A stretch of 50,310 nucleotides of DNA, counting the filler, from Trypethelium eluteriae (taxonomy: Eukaryota), in the NCBI GenBank assembly GCA_051942245.1. It is 2 parts of 2 records of this genome, joined end to end, with 100 filler letters (N's around TTAATTAATTAA, not from the genome) between each part and the next. Parts side by side here need not be neighbours in the genome. Positions count along the whole stretch, not along the records: positions 1 to 25,110 come from JAVECL010000382.1; positions 25,211 to 50,310 come from JAVECL010000383.1. One strand, 5' to 3'. The notes below the pieces were generated by a model that was given only the letters and a program-made list of their open reading frames with translations, was not told where the DNA came from and searched no databases. Below, piece by piece: positions 23,909 to 35,731 of the stretch; position 1 is the stretch's first letter, and each line of letters opens with the position of its first letter. Position numbers and translations under genes: made by a program.

Positions 23909-25070
23909 CTATCGTTCATGCAGAACGTCCATTGTGTTCGAGACCTCGGCCCGCAGAGAGTCCATTCTACTCGGATGGAGCTCTGCTATAACTGAGGGAT
24001 ATGTAGCATAGATCTGCCTAGCAGTGAACTGTTCCTCTGCATCGCATGCGACATCTCCGAGAAGTCGTAAGATTTCGTGAACTGAGTCTGGCGGGATTGT
24101 TGCTACTCTTTCGTATTCTTTGACATGATTCGAGAACTTTGGGTCTTCGTAAAGCCGAGAAAATCTTGGATATAATTCTGCTCCAGCTTTTAAGAACTTT
24201 TGACAAATTTTAAGGTAAGTAGCTGCTTGAGGAATCACTGTCCAAAGCTGCTCTTTGTGAAACCCTTGACGCATAATGATATCCAGAACGTCGTCTCTGG
24301 ACACGGCTCTCGCCATGAACCAAAGATTGAGTAGGTAATATTCCCAAATAGAAACATCCGCGGTCGGCCATTGCGGCTCAGTTTTCTTCTGAGAATGAAA
24401 AGTGGCAAATGTCACTTTGAGGAGATGCCGCAGTCGAGTTACTGCATTCGGATCAGCACCCTCTTGTAACAGCCGTTCAATACTGGTCAGCCATTTCGAT
24501 GATTTACCAGTGAAGAAGGACTTAACCAATATTGTGTCAACGACAACACTAAATATATGGTCCAATGGCTTGCCTCTAATCTTTTCCGCGCTCGTCTTGT
24601 CTGACACGTACAAAGTGCAGCCAAACACAATGGCCAAGTCAAGAAATCGACAGCCGGCATCTGTTTGAACATTCATCTCATAGCCTTTCTAATCTAAAAA
24701 GGCAATCGGCCATGCCACTCCTCTGGCATCCTGCCATTCGTTAGAGTGTCTTTTTTTGAATCGTTCTGTAGCTTCCCAATGAGCCGAAATGGTTAAATTG
24801 AGCTCGTCCAAAATCGCGGTGGAGGTGCATCCATGCGAAATCTCAAGCCCTCCTGCAAGTATGAGACATTGCTCTGCGTATGCCATTATCGGGCTGGATT
24901 CAATAAGAACATCTGTTTCAGAGGGCAGTGTTTTGAGTTCGTGAAGCGAAGAAGTAAGCAATGCTGTGTCTGATGTTGTTCATGAAGTAGATCCAATCAA
25001 CATAGCCTCGGAGGTGGTGTTTACCACATCTCACGCGCGCTCGGATCCCTTCATGTAGATCCTTACGCCC
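23909..25070 (-). pseudogene. Disrupted gene fragment resembling the helical/ankyrin-like C-terminus of fungal NACHT-associated proteins
   Basis: ORFs 24689-24961 and 23909-24676 lie in the same frame, separated by an in-frame TAG (FLD*KGYEMNVQ); further in-frame TGA stops upstream. LLQEGADPN and FLKAGA are ankyrin-like motifs. The 5' part is lost in the gap. Confidence 0.5.
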
Positions 25071-25110
25071 TGTAGTTATTAGTTCATTTCCCTTCGCCCT
25101 CACCTAGATA

Positions 25111-25210
25111 NNNNNNNNNNNNNNNNNNNNNNNNNNNNNNNNNNNNNNNNNNNNTTAATTAATTAANNNNNNNNNNNNNNNNNNNNNNNNNNNNNNNNNN
25201 NNNNNNNNNN
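25111..25210. other. Assembly gap / artificial linker (44 N + TTAATTAATTAA + 44 N)
   Basis: Exactly 100 nt; the palindromic 12-mer puts stop codons in all six frames, as used in contig-joining spacers. Confidence 0.97.
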
Positions 25211-26964
25211 GGTCTCGCGGGATGTTGGGGTTGGCTCGGTGGGTCGGTGAGTGATGGTGATGTTTCCGTCGCGGCGGAGGATTTTGACGGGGACGGAGAA
25301 GCGCTTGGGGGCTTCGACGGCCTCGAATTGGAATTGGCCCATGAGCGATGCTACGACTTTGAAGAGCTCGAGGTGCGTGAAGCTCTTCCCGATGCATGCT
25401 CTGGAGCCTTGACTGAATGTTAGGTCCACACGATCCATTGCTGCCCTCCGCTCGTAGAACGCTTCCTCGCTTTCGCCCTTGGCACGCATCCAGCGTTCGG
25501 GATTGTATTCGCCGGGATTGGCACCATAGACAGGGTTCAAGCGCATGCTAGGACTCGATATTGCGGCATCCATATGTCCAGGTAGATGCCTGCCATCAGG
25601 TAGATCTAAACCCTCATCGGGCACGCGTCTTTCAATTGCGATGTCGCTCCCGTGGTGCAGCCTGTAACTTTCCTTGATCACGCCCTCCAGGAAAGGCATC
25701 TCCATCGTCGCAGATAACGGTACAGGAAAGTCGCATCCTGTGCTACGAACTTCCTCATACAGCCGATCTTGAGCCCAGGGATTTTGCACGAGCCATGTGC
25801 AGATCAGATCCAGGACTCGAGAGGGGCTGAGCGAACCCGCGAGCGTGTTTGTGCTGCAGTACAGTCTGACTTGTGTATCATCGACGATGTCTGGATATCT
25901 TTCTTTGGCATAGAGGAAATGCGACAAAAGTGTCCTTTGGGTAGCATCTTCAGACTCGGGATTTGCTAGCTGATCTTTTATCTTGGATTTCGCAAACACA
26001 AAGAAAGGAGACTCCTTGTGCGTTTTGAACGCAAGATAAAGAGGATTCTTCTTGAGAACGTAGTCAAGCTTGGGAAACTGCGTGACCTTAAGAATGTCAG
26101 CAGACACTAGTCAGATCCTGAGCAGCCTGCAATCCAGGCATAACAGACCCACAAACTTACAATTCTGACATATGCAACGTGCCGAGCCTGGTTCTCGATT
26201 AAGTTGTACATGTCCCTGCCGTTCTCGAGAAAGCCGATAGGATGACCAAATGTGACTCGCATGATTGTATCGTAGGCGACTGTGCCTCGTGCCTGCATTA
26301 GCTTTTACAAACCGGCACGCCTAATCTTCATAAGCTAGACTTACAGTAATGACACCATGAGCTGATATTCAAGATGCTCTGCCTCTGCGCAGATTTCTCA
26401 AGAATGTCGGCAAGCTTGTTAATCATCTCATCCACCGCAGGCTCGTATGCCTTGAGACTTGACAGGCTATACGCGCCTTGGATAGGCCTGCGGTACGCCG
26501 CATGCTTTTGTTCATTACTTTCATGGGTCAGCCAGGAACTTCGAGAATGAGGAGAAACTTCGATACCGAATGCCAACGAGAGAGGTGTGTATTCCTGGAA
26601 CACTGAAAGGTATGATGGAATCAGACTTCTCCAGCCTCTGTTTAAATCCGAGAACTCGCGGGATGGCCTCAGCATCGTTGATGAATACTGTACGAGGTCC
26701 TACTCTGACTACATTGCCATAGCGATTATGAAGAACCTCATGATAGGTGATACCGTTTGGTCGAGTAGCATACTGCCAAGCTTGCCATGCTCGCCAAGCA
26801 TTCGTGTATCGTGCGATGATCGGACCAGGAATTCCCCACAGATCACGATTTTGGATTTCATGAAAGACGACGAAAGCGAAGAGTGAAATGACGCAGAAAT
26901 ATCCCACCAAATTGACCTTACTCGTTTGCTCAAAGAGAGACTTCAGAACGTCGGACAGAGCCAT
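25211..26964 (-). CDS. Cytochrome P450 (P450-1), atypical I-helix, 3' end truncated by the gap; 4 exons
   Basis: N-terminal TM + IPGP; YGNVVRVGP; KESYR (ExxR); PERW; heme motif FSQGSRACIG; I-helix LAGSLSP. Introns 26566-26518, 26344-26280 and 26160-26087. No stop codon before the Ns. Confidence 0.92.
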
Positions 26965-28007
26965 GGCGCGTAAACACAACGACCAGAACGCGTTCTCACT
27001 ACGTACTTGACAAACTTATTGGCCTATCTGGCAATAGACGAAATCCACATCCGCCCACTCGGAAATTTTGAGAATGTCCCGTGGTCTCCTCCGAGCCGTC
27101 GTGAAAGCTGCTGGAGACGCTGGCAAGGACAACGCGGTCCTGCAGGGAGCGACTTTAGTTCGAGCACGATGGCGTAGGTGGCCATGCTTGAGAGATGCAA
27201 ACCCCACCTCACTTCCGCTCTTGCTGAATCTGCCTGTATGGTGTTGAACCCACGCTACATGCAGGTATCCGCAGAAGTCTGAGGTCTAGACAAAGGTGGA
27301 GGTGGTGGGAAAAAGAAGTGGTCGAAAAACCAAGCAACACCAAGCAATACGGCAATACTAAGGATACTAAGTGGGTCCAACCCGGTCCGGGGAAAATCCT
27401 TCTCATCGACTCGCCCACTATCAAATGCTAACCCCACCACGGAATACGATAAGATTAGGCATCACTGCCTTTGGCCCCACCTCATCCTTCCCGTCTGAAT
27501 CCTTCAGCTTCATCCACGACAGTATCGTGCTCCGACCGTCCAAGCCGAGCCTCGTTGTCTGCGCTATCTCTGACGGAACGCTGCAGCCTGTCCCTCTAAA
27601 TGCTCACCACATACAGATGGACCACGCCCTGCATTGTAACCTAAGGCGGCTTTCTTGGGAGGACAGCGCCATGGTATGCATGATCACAACGTATCCAACA
27701 TGGAAAGTCTTGCGAACGCCAGTCGACGGCAGTCTACGGTAGGCTATGGAACCGCCGGTAACAAAGGTGTGCTCAGACTAGAAACGAACAAATGCAGTGA
27801 GTCTGTAAAGTCAGTGCCCATGATCATACCTATTATGGTCATGCTTGTTGCAAAGGCGTCGACTCAAGCGTCAAACAACTTGATTGGCGAGAAATCCAGA
27901 AGCTGAAAATAGCCTATGATATTCCAAGCAAAGGCTTGCAACGGTAAGCCAAGTTCTCATTGCATCAACGTATCGAACGCGCACAAACGCGTCTTTCCGT
28001 CGTCAAG

Positions 28008-29060
28008 ATGCCTTTCACTCTGGGTGATCTACTGTTGCTGGCCGACAAGACCATCCTCAACCCCTGGCTCTCTGGGCCAATCCTCGCAGGACTGAGACTA
28101 CTCGATGTTTGCATACAGCGTTCAATCGTCACATCTGATGCCTCCATCTTCTTGCCATCGCCCGGACTAGGAAAGGCCTTAACATGGCTCTTCGGAATCG
28201 GCGTCACCCTCCGCGCAAACCGAGCCCTCAGTCGAAGAGCCCTTAACAACGGCACCACCGCCCACTTCGACTGGAACAAAGAGATCATCCTCATCACCGG
28301 CGGCGCAGGCGGCATCGGCGGCGAAACCGCGCGCCTCCTCGCCACGCGCGGGTCCCCCATCATCGTCCTCGACGTCCTCCCCCTCAGCTACGACCCCCCT
28401 CCAAACCTGCACTACTACCAAGTCGACCTCACCGACCACGTTGCTCTCGAGAGCACCGCGGCACGCATCCGCAAAGACATCGGCGACCCGAGCATCATCG
28501 TCGCGAACGCGGGGATCTGCCGGGGCAAAGCGCTGCTGGACGCGTCGCCGCGCGACATCTCGCTGACGTTCGGAGTCAACACGCTCGGGCTGATCTGGAC
28601 CGCGAAGACGTTCCTGCCATCCCTCGCCCAGCGCAACCACGGCCACTTCCTCGTCGTCTCTTCTCAAACCGCGCACTCCGCGACTGCGCGCTTGGTCGAC
28701 TACTCGGCGTCGAAGGCGGCGGCGCTCGCGGTCTACGAGGGCTTGCACTCCGAGCTGAAGCACGTGTACAACGCGCCGAAGGTGCGGGTCTCGTGCGTCG
28801 CGCCGTGTGTGGTGGATACGGAGATGTTTCGTGGGATTAAGGCGCCTTCGAATTTTTTGGTGCCGAGACTGCGGCCGAGGGAGGTGGCGGATTTGATCGC
28901 GGAGACGCTGTGGATGGGGGAGAGTAGGAATCTCATGGTGCCGGCGTTTGCGTATATCAGTCCGCCGACGAGAGCACTGCCGGAGTGGTGGAGGGTTGCG
29001 TTGGCGGATGGGGGGGCGCCGGCGATGACGGAGTTGAGGCCGCATCGACCGATGGATTGA
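28008..29060 (+). CDS. Short-chain dehydrogenase/reductase (membrane-anchored, 17beta-HSD11/retinol dehydrogenase-like)
   Basis: TGGAGGIG, NAG, catalytic Ser region VSS and YSASK; hydrophobic N-terminus; ATG at 28008; divergent from P450-1. Confidence 0.92.
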   Translation: MPFTLGDLLLLADKTILNPWLSGPILAGLRLLDVCIQRSIVTSDASIFLPSPGLGKALTWLFGIGVTLRANRALSRRALNNGTTAHFDWNKEIILITGGAGGIGGETARLLATRGSPIIVLDVLPLSYDPPPNLHYYQVDLTDHVALESTAARIRKDIGDPSIIVANAGICRGKALLDASPRDISLTFGVNTLGLIWTAKTFLPSLAQRNHGHFLVVSSQTAHSATARLVDYSASKAAALAVYEGLHSELKHVYNAPKVRVSCVAPCVVDTEMFRGIKAPSNFLVPRLRPREVADLIAETLWMGESRNLMVPAFAYISPPTRALPEWWRVALADGGAPAMTELRPHRPMD

Positions 29061-29572
29061 TTGGTCGGTACATTGACTGGTACCTTGGTTGAGTAAAAGG
29101 GAAAGATGAAGATGCTCGGGAGCGATCGCCTTTGAGAGCGTGATGAAAGTGTGGGAATTTTTGTGCGGGCAAGGCTTCAGATTGTGCTGCAATCCACAGA
29201 TTGACAGGGCTTGAGATATTCGACGAAATTGGAATGATGCATACATGTATGATTCAAGATTGTTTCAGTTACAAGTGGCGTAGTATGCAGGTAAGCACTC
29301 ACGCACTGTGATGGAAAATCCCTGTTCGGATTGCAGCATTTAGGACGATCCAATGTTTTTACTCTAACAAGTAGAAGTCGCGATGCACTAATGTACGTAT
29401 CCAACGATAATATAGAAATTTCCTGGTATATATTTTGAAGGCTCAGATGATCCATGCCAAATTAACTTCTTCGCTCTCAGCTCGTATTCATCCCTACACT
29501 TGTAGGTTAATCTAGTAATATGCGTTGCCGCGATTAGTGACCGCCTTTTGAAGGAGGCAGAGCCTCATCAAT

Positions 29573-31416
29573 TCACCATCCTCGAGTCTTCTTCATCGCG
29601 ACTTTCAGGCCTCCCTTCGGCCTACTTGTCAACCCTGTCACGATCTGAACTTCTTCGTGATCGACAAGCTCAAACTCGAAACTGCCCACAAGAACGGCTA
29701 GAAGACACGCAAATTCCCCTCTCGCGAAGGCCTGCCCAATACATGACCGCGGGCCTATATGCACATGTCAGCAAATGCGCCAAAAGTCACAATTATGTTT
29801 CACGTCTGCGTGATGATTCGAAGTGACTGTCTCGGGAGTCGCGGCTCAGAGTGCAGTGGTGTGGAGTGATGCATAACAGAAGAGGACAACAGTGGGAAAA
29901 AAAGAAAGCTATCTTTCAATGTGATTTGGTGGGGAGCTCGCGCGGCAACTGCATACGTTGGTGGCACAGTGCGGATAATGCAGTCCGGAGGCTTACCGTG
30001 CAGGAATGTCATGTAGGCAAAGTTGTTTTCTGCGCCTCCGCTATTCGCCCGTCCAGGACCCATCCACCTCTCAGGGTTGAACTCTGTGGCGTCGGCTCCC
30101 CAGAGCGCTTTCGAGTGATTTACAGCACGCATACTGATAACGATCTCAGTACCTTTAGGTACCACCTGATCCAGGATAGTGGTTGTGCGAGTGGCGACTC
30201 GTTTAGTTATGCCCGCTGGAGGATAGAATCGCAGCACTTCGTTGCAGACTGCATGGAGATAAGGCAAGTTATCTATTACCTCTGCAGTGATGCCTTCACC
30301 TTTCTCAGAAGTGACTGGGTTTGGCAGTCTGCACTGGACTTCTTCGCGCAATCGGCTTTGAACCTGAGGATTATTGCAGAGTGCGAGGATAGCCCACGAC
30401 ATAGAGCTGGCAGTCGTTTCGTGCCCGGCCGCAAGAAATGTCAGAACTTGGTTAGCAAGGCCCTCTTCATCAAAGAGGCCAGAGCTCATGGCTACAGAGA
30501 CGATATCCGTTGCGGCCAGCTTTCCACCTTGGTCAATAACGTTTTGCTTCTGTCGAATGAGTCGTCTGGCAATGCTCTTGAGCTGTTTTGAAGCAATTGC
30601 GATGGCATCTTGGGGCTGAATTGGCAGATACCAGGATAATAAGTTCGTTAGAGACGAGGCTATCATCGCCAATTTACTAGGCCGATGAATCGGATCAAAA
30701 ACGTCTCTGTAAGCGTTCGAGACCTCATTATCAGGGTTTTGGATGGCACCGAAGTCATGGCCCATTCCTGCGACACCTATAATGTCAAGAGTCGCTCGAG
30801 TGATCCATTCTGTGATATTGACGATAGAAAATGACGCGCTATTCACAGGAAGAGCTCGACTTAATTCAGCTGCTTTCGACCAGAAGACAGGATAGAGATC
30901 CTTGATGTGCCTATGTTGGAAGGCGGGGAGAAGTCTTCTCCGTTGCATCTTATGCTCATCTCCTTCTGCAATAATGAGGCCCACACCGAGTATTCTTCCC
31001 AGACCGAATCGTAAGCGGTGAGGTTTGCAAAATTCATAGTTTCTCTGAACCAAAACTTCCGAAAGTGCTTTGGGGCTTGTGAGAAATACGCGCTCCTTGT
31101 TAAATTTCATGCGATATCCCAAAAGACCATCGTTGGGAATTTCATTAATCCAGCGGTTAAGTGGTATTCCAGAGCGTTCATCCGGGACGTGACGAACTTG
31201 TCCCATTAGCAGGGAGTTGCCGGGTGGTCCTGGAAGATGGCGGAGAGGACTGAACAGAAACGGCCACAAGAGGATCCTCCATATTGCAAGCAAGGAGAGG
31301 TGAATTGGCAGACAGAAGAAGAAAGCAGATGTGTACGAATGACCAGGAAACAAATGAGGGAGATACGCCGCTTCAATGAGCAGAGCCAGAAGCGTCAATT
31401 TCCAAGTCGACGGCAT
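29573..31416 (-). CDS. Cytochrome P450 (P450-2; CYP617-like); exons 31416-29997 and 29754-29573
   Basis: LPGPP, AAGHETT, EVLR and PERW; heme motif FLHG/PRSCIG restored by a 242-nt GTAAGC..GCTGAC..TAG intron (29996-29755). Family label is by resemblance only. Confidence 0.93.
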
Positions 31417-32502
31417 TCTGACCTTGGCAGAACCCGTGAACGAGAGGTGATAACATCTTTAGGAAAAAGGTTCCAGGGTACACTCAACACGGATAACCTT
31501 CCTAGCCATTCCGCGGTGCGCGACGGAGTCTACGGAGTAAGCCAACCCCATTGTCTCTATTATCCCTTGTCCTGGCCCGTACACGGGTGACAGAAAAAGC
31601 AGTACTCTACATCAACATTGGGCGCGATCCCGCGTGCCCGCCAGGATTACCAGTGGGTGGCCGCACCATTGAATTGTTAGGAGAAGATACTGTACATAAC
31701 TCAACTATCCGCGAGTACTGTCACCCGCGTGGGCGGTGGGCCGGTGAGCCGTTGCGCACTGACAAGACATCACGTGATCTACCCCTACGCATCCACGGCA
31801 TCCAACGTTTGGTGCGCGACAGCTCGCAGGACAAGTCATCATCACTGGCATGCAAGTACCCCTAGCCACTGGTAGCGTCCGTATTGCTTCTCCTGCCATG
31901 TGACCGTACTAACGACTAGCAGCAGGACGATCGATGCATGCACAAACATACGCTAATCCTCCTAATATCCTACGGCGTATTTACGGGGATCTGAATAGGT
32001 GGCTGCCTGGTCCTTGGTTGCGCTGGCAGGCTGACACTTCGATACCGTTTTCTGGCGCCGAGAGTGATTCTGGCCGGCTCTTGGAGACACTATTGCGCGG
32101 TTGACGTCAGAAAAAGCAGGTTATATTCTATGCTCCGAGATAGGAACATCTGGAGTCTGCGTGCTGACACCCTTGTTACGTGAGCCATTTTCTGCTCGGA
32201 CCAGTTGCTTTTGCCATTGAGCGTTATTATGGGATATGCCTTCGCCCAACTAACATCAGGGAAAATAATATGGCTTACGCACTACCATCCCGATTAGTTT
32301 TACTAGGAGCTACCTTATGTATTCCAATCCTTCGCTTCCGCACCACGCCAAGCAACATGGAGGCACGCGTATGCTAAATTTCAGCTCCCTCAATATCATT
32401 CCTGCAGCTCATTAATTCGCGACTCCCTGGAAGATGCTGCAGATAGATCTTAGACTACTGCAGTCTTATGTGCGCTTGAGCTCGGACCCAGGAAGCCTTT
32501 GT

Positions 32503-34259
32503 CTAACGTTTAACTGGGGTCATTTTGATCATTAGGGGGATTTTTTCCCACTGTGAATCACTAAGAATTAGCATGGTTACATTGACTTGGAGGCGAGTGA
32601 CTGACAGTTGTGTAGATCATCTGGTCTTCGATCCAGTTTTGCTTTTCGTCTGCAAGTGCAAAATCAAAGTGCCAGAGCATCTTGGCCAAGATGAGACGAA
32701 CTTCAATGTTTGCAAGACTATCATTGGAATTAGCAAGCAAGTCGTCGTGTATCGCTCAAGACTTGCAACGTACTTTCTACCAATGCAGTTTCTCGGCCCA
32801 AAAGAGAAGGGCTGCAGGGCTTCGCGTTTGTCGTTTGCATATTTCGGATCAGCATCAGGTAGCCATCTTTCTGGAACATATTCATCCGGATCGACGAAGT
32901 TGGTTGGCGAGCGAAATACCGCATATTGAGCCATGCCTAGGGCAGTCTAAATAGAAGGCTTCATATCAGCAGCAAACTCTGAGTAGCCTTATGTTCGTGT
33001 TTTTGCCAAACATACATCTCCTGGTAGCCAGTCACCGACAATGTAAGCACCCTCGGCAGGCGTACGACGGGGATGGCTACCGGCAGCCGGTGGGTAGAGC
33101 CTGAATGATTCGTCGGTAACGGCATTGATGTACCGAAGCTCGCTAAGGCGGGCTATATTGATTTGGTCTCCAGACGTGAATGAACCTCGGACTTCTTCCA
33201 GGAGCTTGTTCATCACACGAGGGTTCTTGAGCAAAAGCCAGATGGTTCCGGATAAGATGGTAGCAGTCGTTTCACTACCAGCAATAACCATGAGATTGGC
33301 ATTGGCAACAAGATCTGGTATTGTGAGGCGTCCCTTCTCTTCTTCGATAAGAAGATGGCTCATGAAGTCGACGTATTCTGGATTACGGGTTTTGCGCCGG
33401 CGTACTTTCTCTTCGACAAGCTCGATGTGCCACTGGCGCCTCTTAACCATCTTCTGAGGCATGAGCCGGAGGATAAGGGAGCGAATATCGAAGAAACGCT
33501 GCAGACAGCGAATGTGGTGGACGTAGACAATGGCATTGAAGATCATTGACATCCAAGGGTGATATTCAGTGTTTTGGAGGCAGTCAAATGGTTCATCAAA
33601 AGCCAGGTGCCCTATGATGTCGAATGTGACATACTTGCCAACTAGGTCAGCGCAAGATACCCGAAGCAAAGCGCGGAAGAGGAGTTCCTTACATTGAACC
33701 ATCTCACAAGATTAAATGGCTTCCCGTCAGAATGTAATTCCGTCAGTCGTGCAACGAGGAGATCAATGTAGTGGAGGAGAACAGGTTCCTGTCCTTTCAA
33801 CACCTTGTCGGAGAATGCATTGGACAACAACTTCCTGAGTCTGCCATGATCCACTCGACTGGCATTGATGATGGTCGGATAGCGATGGTCGGCATCAGTG
33901 TTTTCTGCAGGGTCCTTTCTATTCTCGGGAAGACCGTTACGGAAGCCATAGATATCTTTCCATGCTGCAGCACCGGTGAAGGACAGCTCGTTGGGGGCAA
34001 TCCGTACAATTTCGCCATGTTTGAGATGGAGATCATGAACAACGATGGGAAATCTTCCTGAGAATTGTTGTCGCAGCCACCAGAGACGAGTTACTGCGGC
34101 AAGTCTCGGACCAGGGTATTTTGCCAACGGGGAGAGATAGAGATTATAAATGGCACGATAAACGACATAAACCACTCCTAACAGGACGCCGAGAAGACCA
34201 ACCCACTTCAGACTGAGCAAGCCGCGCGTATAGGACGATTCTGAGTTTAGAGGAGACAT
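32503..34259 (-). CDS. Cytochrome P450 (P450-3; CYP65/TRI11-like), 5 exons
   Basis: [33 protein letters not shown] and [10 protein letters not shown]. Four canonical introns; last exon [15 protein letters not shown] ends at 32503. Confidence 0.93.
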
Positions 34260-34591
34260 TTTGTAAACCTTGGGAAGGACGATGGCGAGGCTATCGTCGG
34301 ATCAAGTCGAGTCCTTGACGACCAGGGAACATAGCTACCTTACATGTAGGCTCTTACATTAGTACGGTACATGATCAATACAGCACCAAAGTTCGATGAT
34401 GGTGTATGTGCCAACGACGCTCCCCTCTATGCATCACCTCGACGCTACCAGTCTTAGCCAAGGACTTCGGATGCAGTGGATAGATTGGTATGGAGTCTGG
34501 GTGGTACCTACCTCCCTAGGAAGTCGGAAGGTACTCCCTATCAGGTTCAGCTCGTCGCGCGGGGTTGCGGCCCCACAAAATTCTGCTGCAC

Positions 34592-34648
34592 GACTATGAC
34601 CACGACCATGACCACGACCACGACCACGACGCCGACGCCGCCGCCGAC
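34592..34648 (+). repeat. Compound microsatellite (GACCAC/GACCAT)n-(GACGCC)n-(GCC)n in the divergent P450-3/terpene synthase intergenic region
   Basis: gactatgaccacgaccatgaccacgaccacgaccacgacgccgacgccgccgccgac read directly. Confidence 0.85.
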
Positions 34649-35731
34649 TGACTTCCAACATCTTCTCTCTACCTTAGTCTACCACTCCTCGCCATCTCCC
34701 TCTCAGCCAATGGCTCTGCATTCATCCCACAATAGATACGAGGATGCGGACTCGACCGATTATGCGAGGCTGAAGTGGATCCTGCTGCACCATTTTGCTC
34801 TTTCTGGGCCTGCTGCATGTCGCCATGCAAACAAGATTGGCTCCTCGTCCGGTAGGATTACGTGCAATAACCTTTCGAGCCGCCGACTTCTCTGCGATCG
34901 TCCTCCGTTCAGACATGTAGTACCCTCCATCAAGACCAATTCATGGTAAGATATGCTTCGATGCGACCAGGACCACAGTGGTGTGACTCTCTATTTCCGA
35001 CTGCCATGGAATTCCTGGCGTTCTTACTCAGCACCAATTACATTGGAGTCCCTCACCGAGATATTTTTTTTTCTTCTGTAGAGTCTTATTTGGGTAAACG
35101 CTCTTTATCAACGCCCACCACTTTTAGACTTACCGAAACCCTTGCTGTGGTTTCTATAGGCTGAATTAGACCGAAAAAGCCTCATGCTCACGAGGCGACC
35201 AGGTTTCTAAATTCTGGATTCGAGCCCACCCTGCCGTCTTCAAACACGGGACCACTTGAAACTACTCGAGTGGCTAGCATGAACTAGTCGTTGCTTCTCT
35301 GTCTTTGCTCCACCAACAGAAATTGGAGGTACTAGACAGTCCCGTCCACGTCAAGGGAACTGCGAGATGGCCCGACTAGCTTCACGCAGTCTTGCTTCAG
35401 CGTCAAGCAGGATGAGAAGACCTTCCCGTCCCTAGCTCTAATCCTGGAATGCCACCCCACGACGCAGACAGCCAAACACGGGAATTTACTACGCCACCTA
35501 TGAAAGCTTGTCTTGGATTCCTTACGATCTTTGGCCGCACATTACGACATGTGACAATCGGCTAGCGTTACCATGATCAGGGCTTTCGGAATAGGTCCAG
35601 AGACCCTTTTGTAGATCAAGCCTCCTGTAGGTGAGCCGTTGTCGAACCGTACCTTTAGATGTACTTAATTAGCTTACTATAAGTCTACGTCACTAATCAT
35701 TCTTTTCTCTCTTTGTGCGGAAACACTGAGT

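Noticed and set aside
25155..25166. Palindrome TTAATTAATTAA as a piggyBac TSD or regulatory site
   Set aside because: Symmetrically embedded in N44 runs totalling 100 nt; it is a six-frame-stop assembly spacer.
28179..29246. 355-aa antisense ORF over the SDR, and similar shadow ORFs (9771-10361, 29851-30591, 37916-38605, 484-990)
   Set aside because: Antisense or alternative-frame shadows of GC3-biased genes; Arg/Pro-rich with no motifs.
29800..29996. C-terminal extension of P450-2 shown in the ORF track
   Set aside because: It is read-through into a 242-nt intron; splicing restores the heme motif FLHGPRSCIG.
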